Positions 9,727 to 19,091 of a DNA stretch of 64,000 bases are shown here, piece by piece. The DNA lies in contig CBDCPP010000002.1 in the NCBI GenBank assembly GCA_965220315.1, positions 579,088-643,087 of the forward strand. Reading direction: 5' to 3'. The notes below the pieces were generated by a model. The model searched no databases and was not told the origin of the DNA. It saw only the letters and a program-made list of their open reading frames with translations. Position 1 is the stretch's first letter. Every line of letters starts with the position of its first letter. The stretch comes from Dehalococcoidia bacterium. Lineage in GTDB: Bacteria; Chloroflexota; Dehalococcoidia; Bin125. The position numbers were made by a program, and so were the translations under genes.

Positions 9727-10665
9727 ATGGCGAAACCGGGCATCATGGTGGCCGCTCAGCCGGGGGAGCGCCGCGCCGCGATCGAACTTGCTCAGCAGCT
9801 CGATCATCAGGGGTTCGATCACATCCTTTGTCCCTATGACTGGGCGGTCCCCAAGGGGGACTGGGTCGGGGCCGTCTCGGAAGTCTATGACGCTCTCAGT
9901 CTCTGCTCTGCCATTCTCCAGGCTACCAACGAGATTACGGTTGGCAGCGGCATCAGCATTACCTACATGCGCCACCCCGCCGACTTGGCTGGCGCTGCTT
10001 CCTTCAACCATGAGATCAGTGGTGGCCGCTTCCGGCTCGGCCTCGGCACAGGCCATGCGGCGATCCTAAAGCCATTCGGGATCACCTGGGAAAAGCCTTT
10101 GGAGCATGTCCGCAGCTACGTCCAGCAGCTGCGTGCCGCAAGCCGCGGCCAGCCCTTGCCCCCAATATGGATCGCTGCCCTGCGGCGCAAGATGACCCGG
10201 CTTGCTGGTGAGGTCGCGGAAGGCGCCCTCGGCGCCAACATCCCGCTCTCCCACGTTGCGGCCCTGCAGCAAGAGATTCCCGAGGCGAAGCGAGCACAGT
10301 GTACCTTCGCCAACATCGCGCCGATCTGGATCACCGAAGACCGCGAGGAAGGCCTCGCCTTCGTCCGGCGCTTCCTCGCGCTCCACATGCCGCTCCCCAA
10401 CTACACTGCCTTTTTCACGGAAGCTGGCTATGGTGAGGAAGTTCGGCGTGCGCAGGCTGCGCTCGCCGTCGGCGACCACGCGGCTGTGGAAGCGGCCATC
10501 AGTGAGCGCATGGCGGAAGATATCGGGATCTTCGGTTCGCGCTCGCAGATGCGCGACAAGATCGAAGCTTGGCAAGCGGCGGGCGTCACTCTCACGGTCT
10601 CGACCCTCTGGGCCTCCGAGCACCAGCCTGCCGCCGTTGCCCGCGTTGCCGCTCTGCTCGCATAG
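9727..10665 (+). CDS. LLM-class (luciferase-like) F420/flavin-dependent oxidoreductase
   Basis: The internal ATG at 9727 of ORF 9646-10665 is preceded by GGGAGG. The protein MAKPGIMVAAQPGERRAAIELAQQLDHQGFDHIL has luciferase-like TIM-barrel family composition. Confidence 0.8.
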   Translation: MAKPGIMVAAQPGERRAAIELAQQLDHQGFDHILCPYDWAVPKGDWVGAVSEVYDALSLCSAILQATNEITVGSGISITYMRHPADLAGAASFNHEISGGRFRLGLGTGHAAILKPFGITWEKPLEHVRSYVQQLRAASRGQPLPPIWIAALRRKMTRLAGEVAEGALGANIPLSHVAALQQEIPEAKRAQCTFANIAPIWITEDREEGLAFVRRFLALHMPLPNYTAFFTEAGYGEEVRRAQAALAVGDHAAVEAAISERMAEDIGIFGSRSQMRDKIEAWQAAGVTLTVSTLWASEHQPAAVARVAALLA

Positions 10666-10717
10666 TGCGAACCCGCTAGTCTGCCACGTGTTGGGCGAAA
10701 CGAGGTTGAGCGAATCC

Positions 10718-12505
10718 ATGAGTGAGCGCGTCCCTCCGGCCATCGACCCTGTCTTTTATGAACTCGTCTCGACGGGCTTGCGCGCCGTCTGCAACGAGAT
10801 GGCTCTGCTCGTGGCGAAGAGCGCCTATTCCATCGCCGTGGCCGAAGGGCGTGACTTCGCCGGGGCCATCTACGATCGCCACGGTTTCTTGGTAGCGCAG
10901 GGGGAGACAGATCTCCCGGCCTTCGTCGGCATCACCATGGTGGCCGTACCCGAGGTGCTGCGCAGCATCGGCCTCGCTAATATGCAGCCCGACGACATCT
11001 ATATGATCAACGACCCCTACGTCGCCAGCACCCACTGCAATGACATCCACTTCGTCCGCCCCGTCTTCCACGAGGACCAGATCATCGCTTTCGTTTCCTC
11101 CACAGCGCACTGGTCGGATGTAGGCGGCGTCGCGCCTGGATCGATCAACGTCAGTGCCCGCTCCCACTACGAGGAAGGCGTGCGCATCCCAGCCATCACG
11201 ATCTGGCGCGAGGGGGAGCTCAACCACGATGTCGTTGCTCTCCTACTGCACAACATGCGTGAGTCCTGGGAACGCATGGGCGATCTCAACGCGCAGACCT
11301 CTGCAGTGCGGCTTGGCGACCGGCGCATCCGCGAACTCGCGGAAAAACACGGCCCCGCTGCCGTCCTGGCCGGCATGGCGGAGATTCAGAACCAGTCCGA
11401 GCGCATGATGCGAGAGAATCTTCGTGCTCTTCCAGACGGCGCCTACGAGGCGGAAGACTGGGTCGACGAAGATGTGGCAACCGGCAATCCTGTCGCCATA
11501 CGGCTGCGGCTCACCATCGACGGCGATCACGCCGATGTCGACCTTACCGCCAGCGATGGCGCCGCCGGTTCCGGCGTTAACTCCACGATTGCCGCCACGA
11601 CCTCCGCAGTCTTCATAGCGGTCGGATCGATCCTCCCCACTATGCCTATGAACGCCGGCATCTTGCGGGCGATGACGATCCGCACAACACCTGGCTCCAT
11701 CTGCCACGCGCAACCCCCCTCTGCGATCTCCGCTACCGCTGCAAGCAGCATGGAGGCAGTGATCGGTGCTGTCACCCTGGCGATGAGCGCGGCTTTGCCG
11801 GCGCGCGGCGCTGGCGTTGCATCGACGATCCTTAATACCACCTACCACGGCTGGGACACGCGCGATGGCTTCGCCACCACCTATATCTGCTATATCTGGT
11901 CACCCGGCGGCATGGGCGGTTCGCGATCTAACGACGGAGCGAACGTCGTTGGATCGCCCTACGCTTCCACGATCGTCAACGTCCCTGCCGAACTCCAAGA
12001 AAGACGCTTTCCCCTCCTCTATCAGCGTTACCAGCTCTTGCAGAACTCGGGCGGACCAGGCCGCTCGCGTGGTGGTATGGCCGTCCACCAACTCGTCACC
12101 TTCCCCTACGTGGCTGGCACTCTCTCCACCTTCGGCAACCGCGAGCGTTTCGGCCCTCCCGGCGTCTTCGGGGGTCACGTGGGACGGACAGCGGGCATGG
12201 CGCTGAATCCGGATACCGAGCGCGAGAAGTCCCTGCCTGTATTCTCGGTCCTAGTGCCCGTTGTAGTAGGGGACCTGCTCTCCTTCTGGTCCGCCGGCGG
12301 TGGTGGCTACGGCGAACCCCTAGAACGTGACCCGGAACGCGTGCTCAACGATGTGATCGACGAGTACGTCTCGATCGAGGGTGCGCGTGCGGACTATGGC
12401 GTCGTCGTGCGCGCGCTGGACCGCCGCTGCCTTTCCTATGAGATCGACGCCGGAGCGACCGCTGCTCTCCGCGCCGAGCTTCGGGCCGACCGCGCTGGCA
12501 GCTGA
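10718..12505 (+). CDS. hydantoinase B/oxoprolinase family protein (orphan HyuB-like paralog, 595 aa)
   Basis: The internal start MSERVPPAIDPVFYELVSTGLRAVCNEMALLVAKSAYS lies within ORF 10202-12505. The long N-terminal extension in the ORF track overlaps the upstream gene in another frame. HyuB blocks are present throughout (NDPYVASTHCNDIHF, GGPGRSRGGMAV). Confidence 0.85.
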   Translation: MSERVPPAIDPVFYELVSTGLRAVCNEMALLVAKSAYSIAVAEGRDFAGAIYDRHGFLVAQGETDLPAFVGITMVAVPEVLRSIGLANMQPDDIYMINDPYVASTHCNDIHFVRPVFHEDQIIAFVSSTAHWSDVGGVAPGSINVSARSHYEEGVRIPAITIWREGELNHDVVALLLHNMRESWERMGDLNAQTSAVRLGDRRIRELAEKHGPAAVLAGMAEIQNQSERMMRENLRALPDGAYEAEDWVDEDVATGNPVAIRLRLTIDGDHADVDLTASDGAAGSGVNSTIAATTSAVFIAVGSILPTMPMNAGILRAMTIRTTPGSICHAQPPSAISATAASSMEAVIGAVTLAMSAALPARGAGVASTILNTTYHGWDTRDGFATTYICYIWSPGGMGGSRSNDGANVVGSPYASTIVNVPAELQERRFPLLYQRYQLLQNSGGPGRSRGGMAVHQLVTFPYVAGTLSTFGNRERFGPPGVFGGHVGRTAGMALNPDTEREKSLPVFSVLVPVVVGDLLSFWSAGGGGYGEPLERDPERVLNDVIDEYVSIEGARADYGVVVRALDRRCLSYEIDAGATAALRAELRADRAGS

Positions 12506-12516
12506 GGAGGCTAGGC

Positions 12517-13317
12517 ATGCCGGAAACGATTACCTATGAGCGAGCCGACCGCGTCGCGCACATCATGCTCAACCGGCCGGAGCGCATGAACGCGATCTCG
12601 CCGCTATTGCAGCAGGAATTGGACCACGCTTTTGTGGAGGCAGAAACTGACGATGCTGTGAGCGTGATCTTGCTCAGTGGAGCAGGCCGGGGCTTTTGCG
12701 CTGGCTATGATCTCGCTGGTTCCGGCGACTCCGCCGAGATCCGCGGTGTCTCTGCCGACCGTGATCGCTTGGAGCGCATGATCGAGCGCTTCCTCCGCAT
12801 CTGGGAGACACGTATTCCAGTAATCGCCAAGGTGCATGGCGCCTGCCTGGCCGGTGGATCGATGCTGGCGGTTTCGAGCGATATCACGATCGCCGCCGAA
12901 GATGCCCGTGTAGGTACACCCCAGATCCCGCTTGGCGCGGGCTTCCTGGGACCGCTCTGGGCTTGGCATGTCGGTCCGAAGAAGGCCAAAGAGCTTATCT
13001 TCCCCACGGGCACGGTCATCTCTGGTGCGGAGGCGGCTCGAATCGGATTATTTAATGTTGCTGTGCCCGCTACGGAGTTGGATAGCTACGTCGAAGAGTA
13101 CGCACAGCGCGTCGCAAAGACACCCCGCGAGATTCTGGTGCTTGAGAAGCGCGCGATCAATCGCAGCCAGGAGATCCAGGGCTTCCGCGAGGCCTTCCTG
13201 CTCTCGGCGGAGTATGACGCGCTCGCCCACGCTACGGACGCCGTCCGCCAGACCAAGCAGCGAATACAGCAGGAAGGGCTCAAATCGGCCCTGGCTGCAT
13301 GGGCTAGCACTCAATAG
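12517..13317 (+). CDS. enoyl-CoA hydratase/isomerase (crotonase) family
   Basis: The 266-aa protein has a crotonase-fold N-terminus (RVAHIMLNRPERMNAIS, GAGRGFCAGYDL). Confidence 0.85.
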   Translation: MPETITYERADRVAHIMLNRPERMNAISPLLQQELDHAFVEAETDDAVSVILLSGAGRGFCAGYDLAGSGDSAEIRGVSADRDRLERMIERFLRIWETRIPVIAKVHGACLAGGSMLAVSSDITIAAEDARVGTPQIPLGAGFLGPLWAWHVGPKKAKELIFPTGTVISGAEAARIGLFNVAVPATELDSYVEEYAQRVAKTPREILVLEKRAINRSQEIQGFREAFLLSAEYDALAHATDAVRQTKQRIQQEGLKSALAAWASTQ

Positions 13318-13404
13318 CAGCCAGCCCCAGCGTTTCGCGGACGGCAGCCGTCCTGCTCGCTCTCCTCTGCGGCGCTCCGGACGAACTTATGCCCGCAGGC
13401 CGCC

Positions 13405-13428
13405 CCCAGCGCGCTTAAGCGCGCTGGG
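13405..13428. terminator. perfect 24-bp palindrome between convergent genes (putative bidirectional terminator hairpin, no U-tract)
   Basis: CCCAGCGCGCTTAAGCGCGCTGGG is exactly self-complementary. It overlaps the TAA stop of the minus-strand HyuB paralog and sits about 90 nt after the crotonase stop. Confidence 0.4.
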
Positions 13429-15202
13429 CACGCATCTCTTTGCGCAAAGCCTCGGTAGCGGCTGTGTCCACCGCATAGTCCAGCGTTCGCACATTGCGCT
13501 CGCTCATTACCACCCCATACTGATCTCGCGCATTCGCGATGCTAAGCAAGTCGTCCTGCACATCTCCAACCACATCCTCGATCGACCGATCGAGCGGATC
13601 TCCATACCCGCCTCCCCCTGCCGACCAGAAGTGCAGCGTCTCGCCAATACTCACCGGCACGTTCACCGCCACCAGTCCCACCCGCCGCTCATTCTCCGTT
13701 CTCTCGTTCATCACCAGGCCTGCTGTTGCTCCCCGCTCCCCATCGAAGCATCCCGGCGGCCCCACCTCGGCACGATTGCCGAAATTCGTCAACTGCCCCC
13801 CGGCGAAGGGGAACTCGCAAAGCTGGTCCAACCCCATCCCTCCCCGCCGCTTGCCCGGCCCGCCGGTGTTCGGCTTGATCTGATAGCGTCGCCAGAACAG
13901 CGGGTAGCGGCGTTCCTGCAGCTCGGCCGGGATATTCTGGATCGTGGCCGTGAACGCAGTCCCCACTACACTCGGGCCATCCTTGTATTTCGTCCCTCCC
14001 ATGCCTCCCACCGCCCATACGTACTCCAGGAACGGCTCGTCTCCGAACGTCTCGCGCTTGTCGATCCCGGTGAAGACGGTATTGAGGATTGTGGAGCAGG
14101 TGCCTGCGCCCCGTTCCGGCAGTGCCTGGCTCAATACCTGCACGCCGCAGCCCACCAGAATCTCCATGCTCGACGCCTGCAGCGACACCGCTGTCGGCGG
14201 CAGCGCATGGCAAATCGACCCCCGGCGCGTCTTGATTTCAACCGCGCGCATGACCCCTGCGTTCATCGGCATCGGCGGCAGGATCGCTCCCAATGAGTTG
14301 AACAAAGACGACGTGGTCGAGACGATCGTCGTGTTAATGCTGCCCGGCACCGTATCGTCACTGTCGGACATGTCGAAAGTCGCGTGGTCTCCTTCGATCG
14401 TAAGCGTGACCCGGAACGTGGCCGGATTTCCGCTCTCGAAAACCTGGTCGTTGTAGTCCTCGGTCTTGTATATGCCGTCCGGAATGGCGCGGAGCGCGGA
14501 GCGGATCATCCGTTCCGAGTAGTCCTGCAGCTCCTCCATGCAGTCCCACACCGTCTGTAGGCTGTGCTTACGGAACATCTCCTGTAAACGTGAATCCCCC
14601 GTGCGCAGCGCTGAGCATTGCGCGTTCAGATCGCCCATTCTTTCCCAGGAATCGCGCACGTTGGTCATCACCAGCGAAACCACATCCCGCTGCAGCTCGC
14701 CCTTGCGGTAGACGCGCACCGCCGGCAGCCGCACCCCCTCGTCGTAGTGGGTTACCGCACGGGAGTTCAGCGAACCCGGCACCGCTCCCCCCACGTCGCT
14801 CCAATGGGCGGTCGATTCCACGAACGCTGCCACTTGGCCTTCATAGAACACCGGCCGTACGAAGTGCATGTCGTTGCAGTGCGTGCTGGCGACATACGGG
14901 TCGTTGATCCAGTAGATGTCGTCTGGCTCCATGTTCTCGAGGCCGATCTGCTTCACGACCTCCTTGGTTGAGTACATGCTGAGCCCCACGAACGCGGGCA
15001 AGTCGTAGTCGCTCTGCGTTACCAGACTGCCTTTGGCATTACTGATCGTGCCGGCGAAGTCCTTGCCCTCGTTGATCGCCACCGAATACGCGGTCTTGGA
15101 GACGACCAGCGCCATCTCCGCGCAGGCTGCTTTCAGCGAATTGCGTACCAATTCGAAGGTGACTGGATCGACCCGCATCGTGGACTGGACGGCTTCACTC
15201 AT
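13415..15202 (-). CDS. hydantoinase B/oxoprolinase family protein (second orphan HyuB-like paralog, 595 aa)
   Basis: MSEAVQSTMRVDPVTFELVRNSLKAACAEMALVVSKTAYS is co-linear with the 10718-12505 paralog and the same length. An AAAGGA ribosome-binding site lies upstream. Confidence 0.85.
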   Translation of the reverse strand: MSEAVQSTMRVDPVTFELVRNSLKAACAEMALVVSKTAYSVAINEGKDFAGTISNAKGSLVTQSDYDLPAFVGLSMYSTKEVVKQIGLENMEPDDIYWINDPYVASTHCNDMHFVRPVFYEGQVAAFVESTAHWSDVGGAVPGSLNSRAVTHYDEGVRLPAVRVYRKGELQRDVVSLVMTNVRDSWERMGDLNAQCSALRTGDSRLQEMFRKHSLQTVWDCMEELQDYSERMIRSALRAIPDGIYKTEDYNDQVFESGNPATFRVTLTIEGDHATFDMSDSDDTVPGSINTTIVSTTSSLFNSLGAILPPMPMNAGVMRAVEIKTRRGSICHALPPTAVSLQASSMEILVGCGVQVLSQALPERGAGTCSTILNTVFTGIDKRETFGDEPFLEYVWAVGGMGGTKYKDGPSVVGTAFTATIQNIPAELQERRYPLFWRRYQIKPNTGGPGKRRGGMGLDQLCEFPFAGGQLTNFGNRAEVGPPGCFDGERGATAGLVMNERTENERRVGLVAVNVPVSIGETLHFWSAGGGGYGDPLDRSIEDVVGDVQDDLLSIANARDQYGVVMSERNVRTLDYAVDTAATEALRKEMRAQRA

Positions 15203-15424
15203 AGAATTGTCCTTTCGAACGTCGCTGGACCAAGCGCAAGTTTGCTCTTGCCGTTCGGGCAGCGGTTAAGCCTGGAATAGTTAAACAGGCAGCGCTCCAC
15301 CGAGCAACCCAGCGGCCCTTCTGGTGAGAGAACGGGTCGCTCTTAGAGGGAGAATACCGCACGATCGCCTTGCCATCTCCCACCAGACCGGCCACGCTTT
15401 GTCAATGAGTATCGCTGGCATCCC

Positions 15425-16279
15425 TTGCCCCAAGCGCGAGCGGCGGCAGGCTACCATGACACGGCATTAAAAGCGGCCTCTTCCGGGCACTTGGATCGGA
15501 GGGCCGGTATAGGCGGAATTCTCCGGGTCACGAATCTATTGAAGCGATTCGGCGGCAACCCGGCCGTCGACGGCGCTACTTTCGCGGTCGAAGAAGGGAC
15601 GATCACTGCGCTGATCGGCCCCAACGGAGCAGGTAAAACCACCTGCTTCAATTGCATCAGCGGCTTCCTCCGTCTCGACAGCGGTACGATCGAGTTTGCG
15701 GGAGAGCACATCGCCCGCTTATCTCCGCCTGCGATCGTGCGCCGTGGTCTGGTGCGGACCTTCCAAATCCCGCAAGAGTTGAGTTCGATGACCGTGCTGG
15801 AGAACTGCATGCTCGGTGTCGGCGCGCAGCGAGGTGAGCGGCCTTGGGAGCCGCTCTTCCGTCCGAAGCGGGTCGCCTGTGAGGAGCAAGCCCACGAGAC
15901 TCGTGCCCACGAAATGCTGCGTCTCATGACGCTCGACGAGTTGGCGTACGAGCGCGCCGGCAACCTTTCTGGCGGCCAGAAAAAACTGTTGGAGCTAGCG
16001 CGGGCGCTGATCGCCCGCCCCAAAATGGTCCTGCTCGACGAGCCGGCTGCCGGCGTCAACCCTACGCTCGCGCTGCAATTGGTCGATCACCTCCGCCGAC
16101 TACAACGAGAGCTGTCGGTGACGTTCTTGATCATTGAGCACAATATGGATGTGGTGATGCGGCTGGCGGACACGGTGGTGGTGATGTCTGCTGGGCGCGT
16201 GCTGACCGAGGGCGTGCCCAGCGCTGTGGTGGCTGATCCAGCGGTGCAAGATGCTTACCTCGGCAGTCAGTACCGATGA
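15425..16279 (+). CDS. HAAT-family ABC transporter ATP-binding protein (LivG/UrtD-like)
   Basis: It has a Walker A (GPNGAGKTT), an LSGGQ signature (LSGGQKKLLELARAL) and a Walker B (VLLDEPAAGV). The true start is probably internal, near ILRVTNLLKRFGG, and is not resolved. Confidence 0.8.
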   Translation: MPQARAAAGYHDTALKAASSGHLDRRAGIGGILRVTNLLKRFGGNPAVDGATFAVEEGTITALIGPNGAGKTTCFNCISGFLRLDSGTIEFAGEHIARLSPPAIVRRGLVRTFQIPQELSSMTVLENCMLGVGAQRGERPWEPLFRPKRVACEEQAHETRAHEMLRLMTLDELAYERAGNLSGGQKKLLELARALIARPKMVLLDEPAAGVNPTLALQLVDHLRRLQRELSVTFLIIEHNMDVVMRLADTVVVMSAGRVLTEGVPSAVVADPAVQDAYLGSQYR

Positions 16280-16995
16280 TGCTGTTGGAGGTACGCGGGA
16301 TCAGCGCTGGCTACGGCGGCGCCGAGATCATCCACGACGTCTCACTCCGCGTGGGCGAAGCGGAGATCGTCACCATCATCGGACCCAACGGCGCCGGCAA
16401 ATCGACCCTGCTCAAGACCATCTTTGGCCTGCTGCGCCCCTCCACGGGACGTATTGCCTTTCAGGGCAGCGATGTCACACGCGCCTCGGCGCCCAAAATG
16501 GTCGCGGCCGGCGCGGCGCTTGTGCCCCAGACGCACAACGTCTTCCCGTCCCTGAACGTACGCGAGAACCTCCAGTTGGGCGGCTATAGCCGTCGGCACG
16601 GGACGGCCGCGCGGCTCGCTGAGATCTTGTCCCTCTTTCCAGATCTCGAGCGCCGTCCTGCAGAGCGCGCTGGCAATCTCTCAGGCGGGCAGCGGCAGAT
16701 GCTCGCGATCGGGCGTGCCTTGATGCTGGATCCCGTCCTGCTCTGCCTGGACGAACCGACCGCGAGCCTTTCGCCGAGAATGCGCGGCCAAATCTTTGAG
16801 CGTATCCGCGTGATCAACGAGCAGGGCGTCGCGATTCTGATGGTGGAGCAGAACGCGAAGGAGGCGCTGCGCCTCTCCGATCGCGGCTTCGTGCTGGTGG
16901 CGGGACGCAATGCGCTGGAGCAGTCTGGAGAGAAGTTATTGGCGAACCCGGATGTGGCACGGCTCTTCTTGGGTCAAGCGACCGCATCCGCGTAG
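16276..16995 (+). CDS. HAAT-family ABC transporter ATP-binding protein (LivF/UrtE-like)
   Basis: The protein starts MMLLEVRGISAGYGG and carries GPNGAGKST, LSGGQRQMLAIGRAL and LLCLDEPTASL motifs. Its start overlaps the upstream stop by 4 nt. Confidence 0.85.
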   Translation: MMLLEVRGISAGYGGAEIIHDVSLRVGEAEIVTIIGPNGAGKSTLLKTIFGLLRPSTGRIAFQGSDVTRASAPKMVAAGAALVPQTHNVFPSLNVRENLQLGGYSRRHGTAARLAEILSLFPDLERRPAERAGNLSGGQRQMLAIGRALMLDPVLLCLDEPTASLSPRMRGQIFERIRVINEQGVAILMVEQNAKEALRLSDRGFVLVAGRNALEQSGEKLLANPDVARLFLGQATASA

Positions 16996-17091
16996 GAGCA
17001 CGCCACGGATATCGCACAGCTGGTCATCGTTGGCATTGTCTCCGGCTCGATCATCGGTCTGGGGGCGATCGGGCTGACTCTCAGCTACGGC

Positions 17092-17907
17092 GTGCTGAAG
17101 TTCGCCAACTTCGCCCACGGTGACCTGATGACGCTGGGGATGTTCCTGGCGTTCGCGGTGGTCGTCAATGCAGGACTCCACGGCGGGACGATCGGTCCGC
17201 TCTCCTTCGGCTGGGGGATGATCCCGGCTGCGCTGGTCGCCATGGCTGGGGTAGCGCTGACCGTATTGAGCTTGGATTGGCTGGTCTTTCGCCGCTTGCG
17301 CGCTCGCGGCGGCGGGTTCATCACGATGGCCGTCGCCAGCCTGGGGATCGGCATCGGCCTGCGCGCGATCGTGCAGATGATCTGGGGCCCCGCTGCCTTC
17401 CGTTACCAGTCCGGCATCAACGAAGCCACGACCATCTTCTGGGATCTCAAAGTCAAGCCGGACCAGTTCTTCATTTTCGGTCTCACCCTGCTGCTCGTGA
17501 TCGTCGTGTACCTGCTGTTGTATCGCACCAAGTTGGGCAAGGCGATGCGCGCTACCGCAGACAACCCCGACTTGGCCGAAGTCGCGGGGATCGAGACGGA
17601 GCAGATCCGTCGCTGGACCTGGGTGATCGCGGGCTGTCTCATCGCGGTAGCGGGAATCATGCTGGGGATCCAAGCGCAGCTGCGCTTCAGTGCCGGTTTT
17701 AACCTGATCCTGCCAATGTTCGCTGCGGTGATCCTGGGCGGGATCGGCAATCCCTGGGGAGCGCTCATGGGAGGCATGGTGGTTGGGATCTCGCAAGAGG
17801 TCTCGACTGAGTGGATCAACACGGGACTGAAGCCCGCCGTACCTTTCGTGATCCTGATCTTGATGTTGTTGCTGCGCCCGCGGGGGCTGTTCGGTTCGAC
17901 GATCTAG
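17092..17907 (+). CDS. HAAT-family ABC transporter permease (LivH/UrtB-like)
   Basis: It is hydrophobic multi-pass throughout. The LivH-like N-terminal sequence (TDIAQLVIVGIVSGSIIGLGAIGLTLSYGVLKFANFAHG) continues in frame upstream of the first GTG with no canonical start. The true start is therefore probably near 17005, just after an AGGAG site. Confidence 0.75.
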   Translation: MLKFANFAHGDLMTLGMFLAFAVVVNAGLHGGTIGPLSFGWGMIPAALVAMAGVALTVLSLDWLVFRRLRARGGGFITMAVASLGIGIGLRAIVQMIWGPAAFRYQSGINEATTIFWDLKVKPDQFFIFGLTLLLVIVVYLLLYRTKLGKAMRATADNPDLAEVAGIETEQIRRWTWVIAGCLIAVAGIMLGIQAQLRFSAGFNLILPMFAAVILGGIGNPWGALMGGMVVGISQEVSTEWINTGLKPAVPFVILILMLLLRPRGLFGSTI

Positions 17908-17915
17908 AGGACGCT

Positions 17916-19022
17916 GTGGACCTCTTCGGCATCGACCTGATCGTACTGGTGACTTTCGGCGGCGCCGTCAATTGGACGGTGGGCTTCCTTACGACGGTCG
18001 CCATCTTCGGCATCGTAGCGCTCGGGCTCAACCTCCAATGGGGCTACACGGGCGTCTTCAACTTCGGCGTCGTGGCGTTCTTCATGGTGGGCGCCTACAC
18101 CAGCGCCCTGTTGACTCTCCCCCATCCAGACACCGTCATCGTCACCGCGTCCGGCACCGAGGTGACGGGGATTCTCGACTACGCTGGCGGCTTCAGTTTG
18201 CCCGTTCCCATTGGCTGGTTGGCGGGCATGGGGGCGGCGGGGGCGCTAGCGCTGATCGTCGGCTTGCCGACGCTACGCCTCCGCCACGACTTCCTCGCGA
18301 TCGCGACGATCGGCATCGCGGCGATCCTGCGCAGTATCGCCAACTCGATCGAAGGATTGGTCAATCGCTCCAGCGGCCTGAGCGGGATCCCTCGCTTCTT
18401 GGATGAGCTTGCGAGCGGGGAAGACTACCGCTGGGTGCTCTTAGGAATCGCGCTGGTGACGCTGTTAGTCGTGTATCTGGCTCTGCAACGGACTACAGGC
18501 TCGCCTTGGGGTCGGGTGCTCCGCGCAATCCGTGAGAACGAGGACACTGCCAAAGCGGCGGGCAAGAACACGGTCAGCTTCCGGATGCAGAGTTTCGTGC
18601 TGGGCGGGATGATCATGGGTCTTGGCGGTGCGATCTTCGCGCACCGCTTCGGCGCCATCGCCCCAACCTCGTTCAGTGACCTGCTGGGTACTTTCCTCGT
18701 CTGGGCGATGCTGATGGTGGGGGGCAGCGGCAACAATCGCGGCGCGATCTTAGGCGCGCTTTTGGTGGGCTTCTTCTGGTTCGGGACGCCCTTGATCCAA
18801 GAGGACCTCCCGGGCTTTTTGGGCAACCGCGTCTTCATGATCCGGCAGCTGGTGATCGGATTGTTGATCGTCGCCTTCGTCGTCGCGCGGCCGCAGGGAA
18901 TCTTGCCCGAACAGCGGCGTGTCAGTCGCTTTGTCAGTGACCCGGACTCTGATGGAGGACGCTGGGCCAGCCTCCGTGCTCGCATCTCGAATCCCAGAGC
19001 CCGCCCCTCGCCAGAGGCGTGA
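17916..19022 (+). CDS. HAAT-family ABC transporter permease (LivM/UrtC-like)
   Basis: A GTG at 17916 follows a GAGG site; the ORF-track start at 17811 overlaps livH. The protein is a multi-pass membrane protein typical of LivM. Confidence 0.8.
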   Translation: MDLFGIDLIVLVTFGGAVNWTVGFLTTVAIFGIVALGLNLQWGYTGVFNFGVVAFFMVGAYTSALLTLPHPDTVIVTASGTEVTGILDYAGGFSLPVPIGWLAGMGAAGALALIVGLPTLRLRHDFLAIATIGIAAILRSIANSIEGLVNRSSGLSGIPRFLDELASGEDYRWVLLGIALVTLLVVYLALQRTTGSPWGRVLRAIRENEDTAKAAGKNTVSFRMQSFVLGGMIMGLGGAIFAHRFGAIAPTSFSDLLGTFLVWAMLMVGGSGNNRGAILGALLVGFFWFGTPLIQEDLPGFLGNRVFMIRQLVIGLLIVAFVVARPQGILPEQRRVSRFVSDPDSDGGRWASLRARISNPRARPSPEA

Positions 19023-19091
19023 CGATCCATGGAGCGGAATAAAGCGAGCGGCTCGAATGAGCCGCTCGCTTTGCGTTGCGCCTCGTGGTGG

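Noticed and set aside
10202-10717. 516-nt N-terminal extension of the HyuB-like ORF (the 767-aa version in the ORF track)
   Set aside because: The extension is Ser/Arg/Pro-rich. It overlaps the upstream luciferase-like gene in a different frame and precedes a good internal start (MSERVPP…) that aligns with the paralog's N-terminus.
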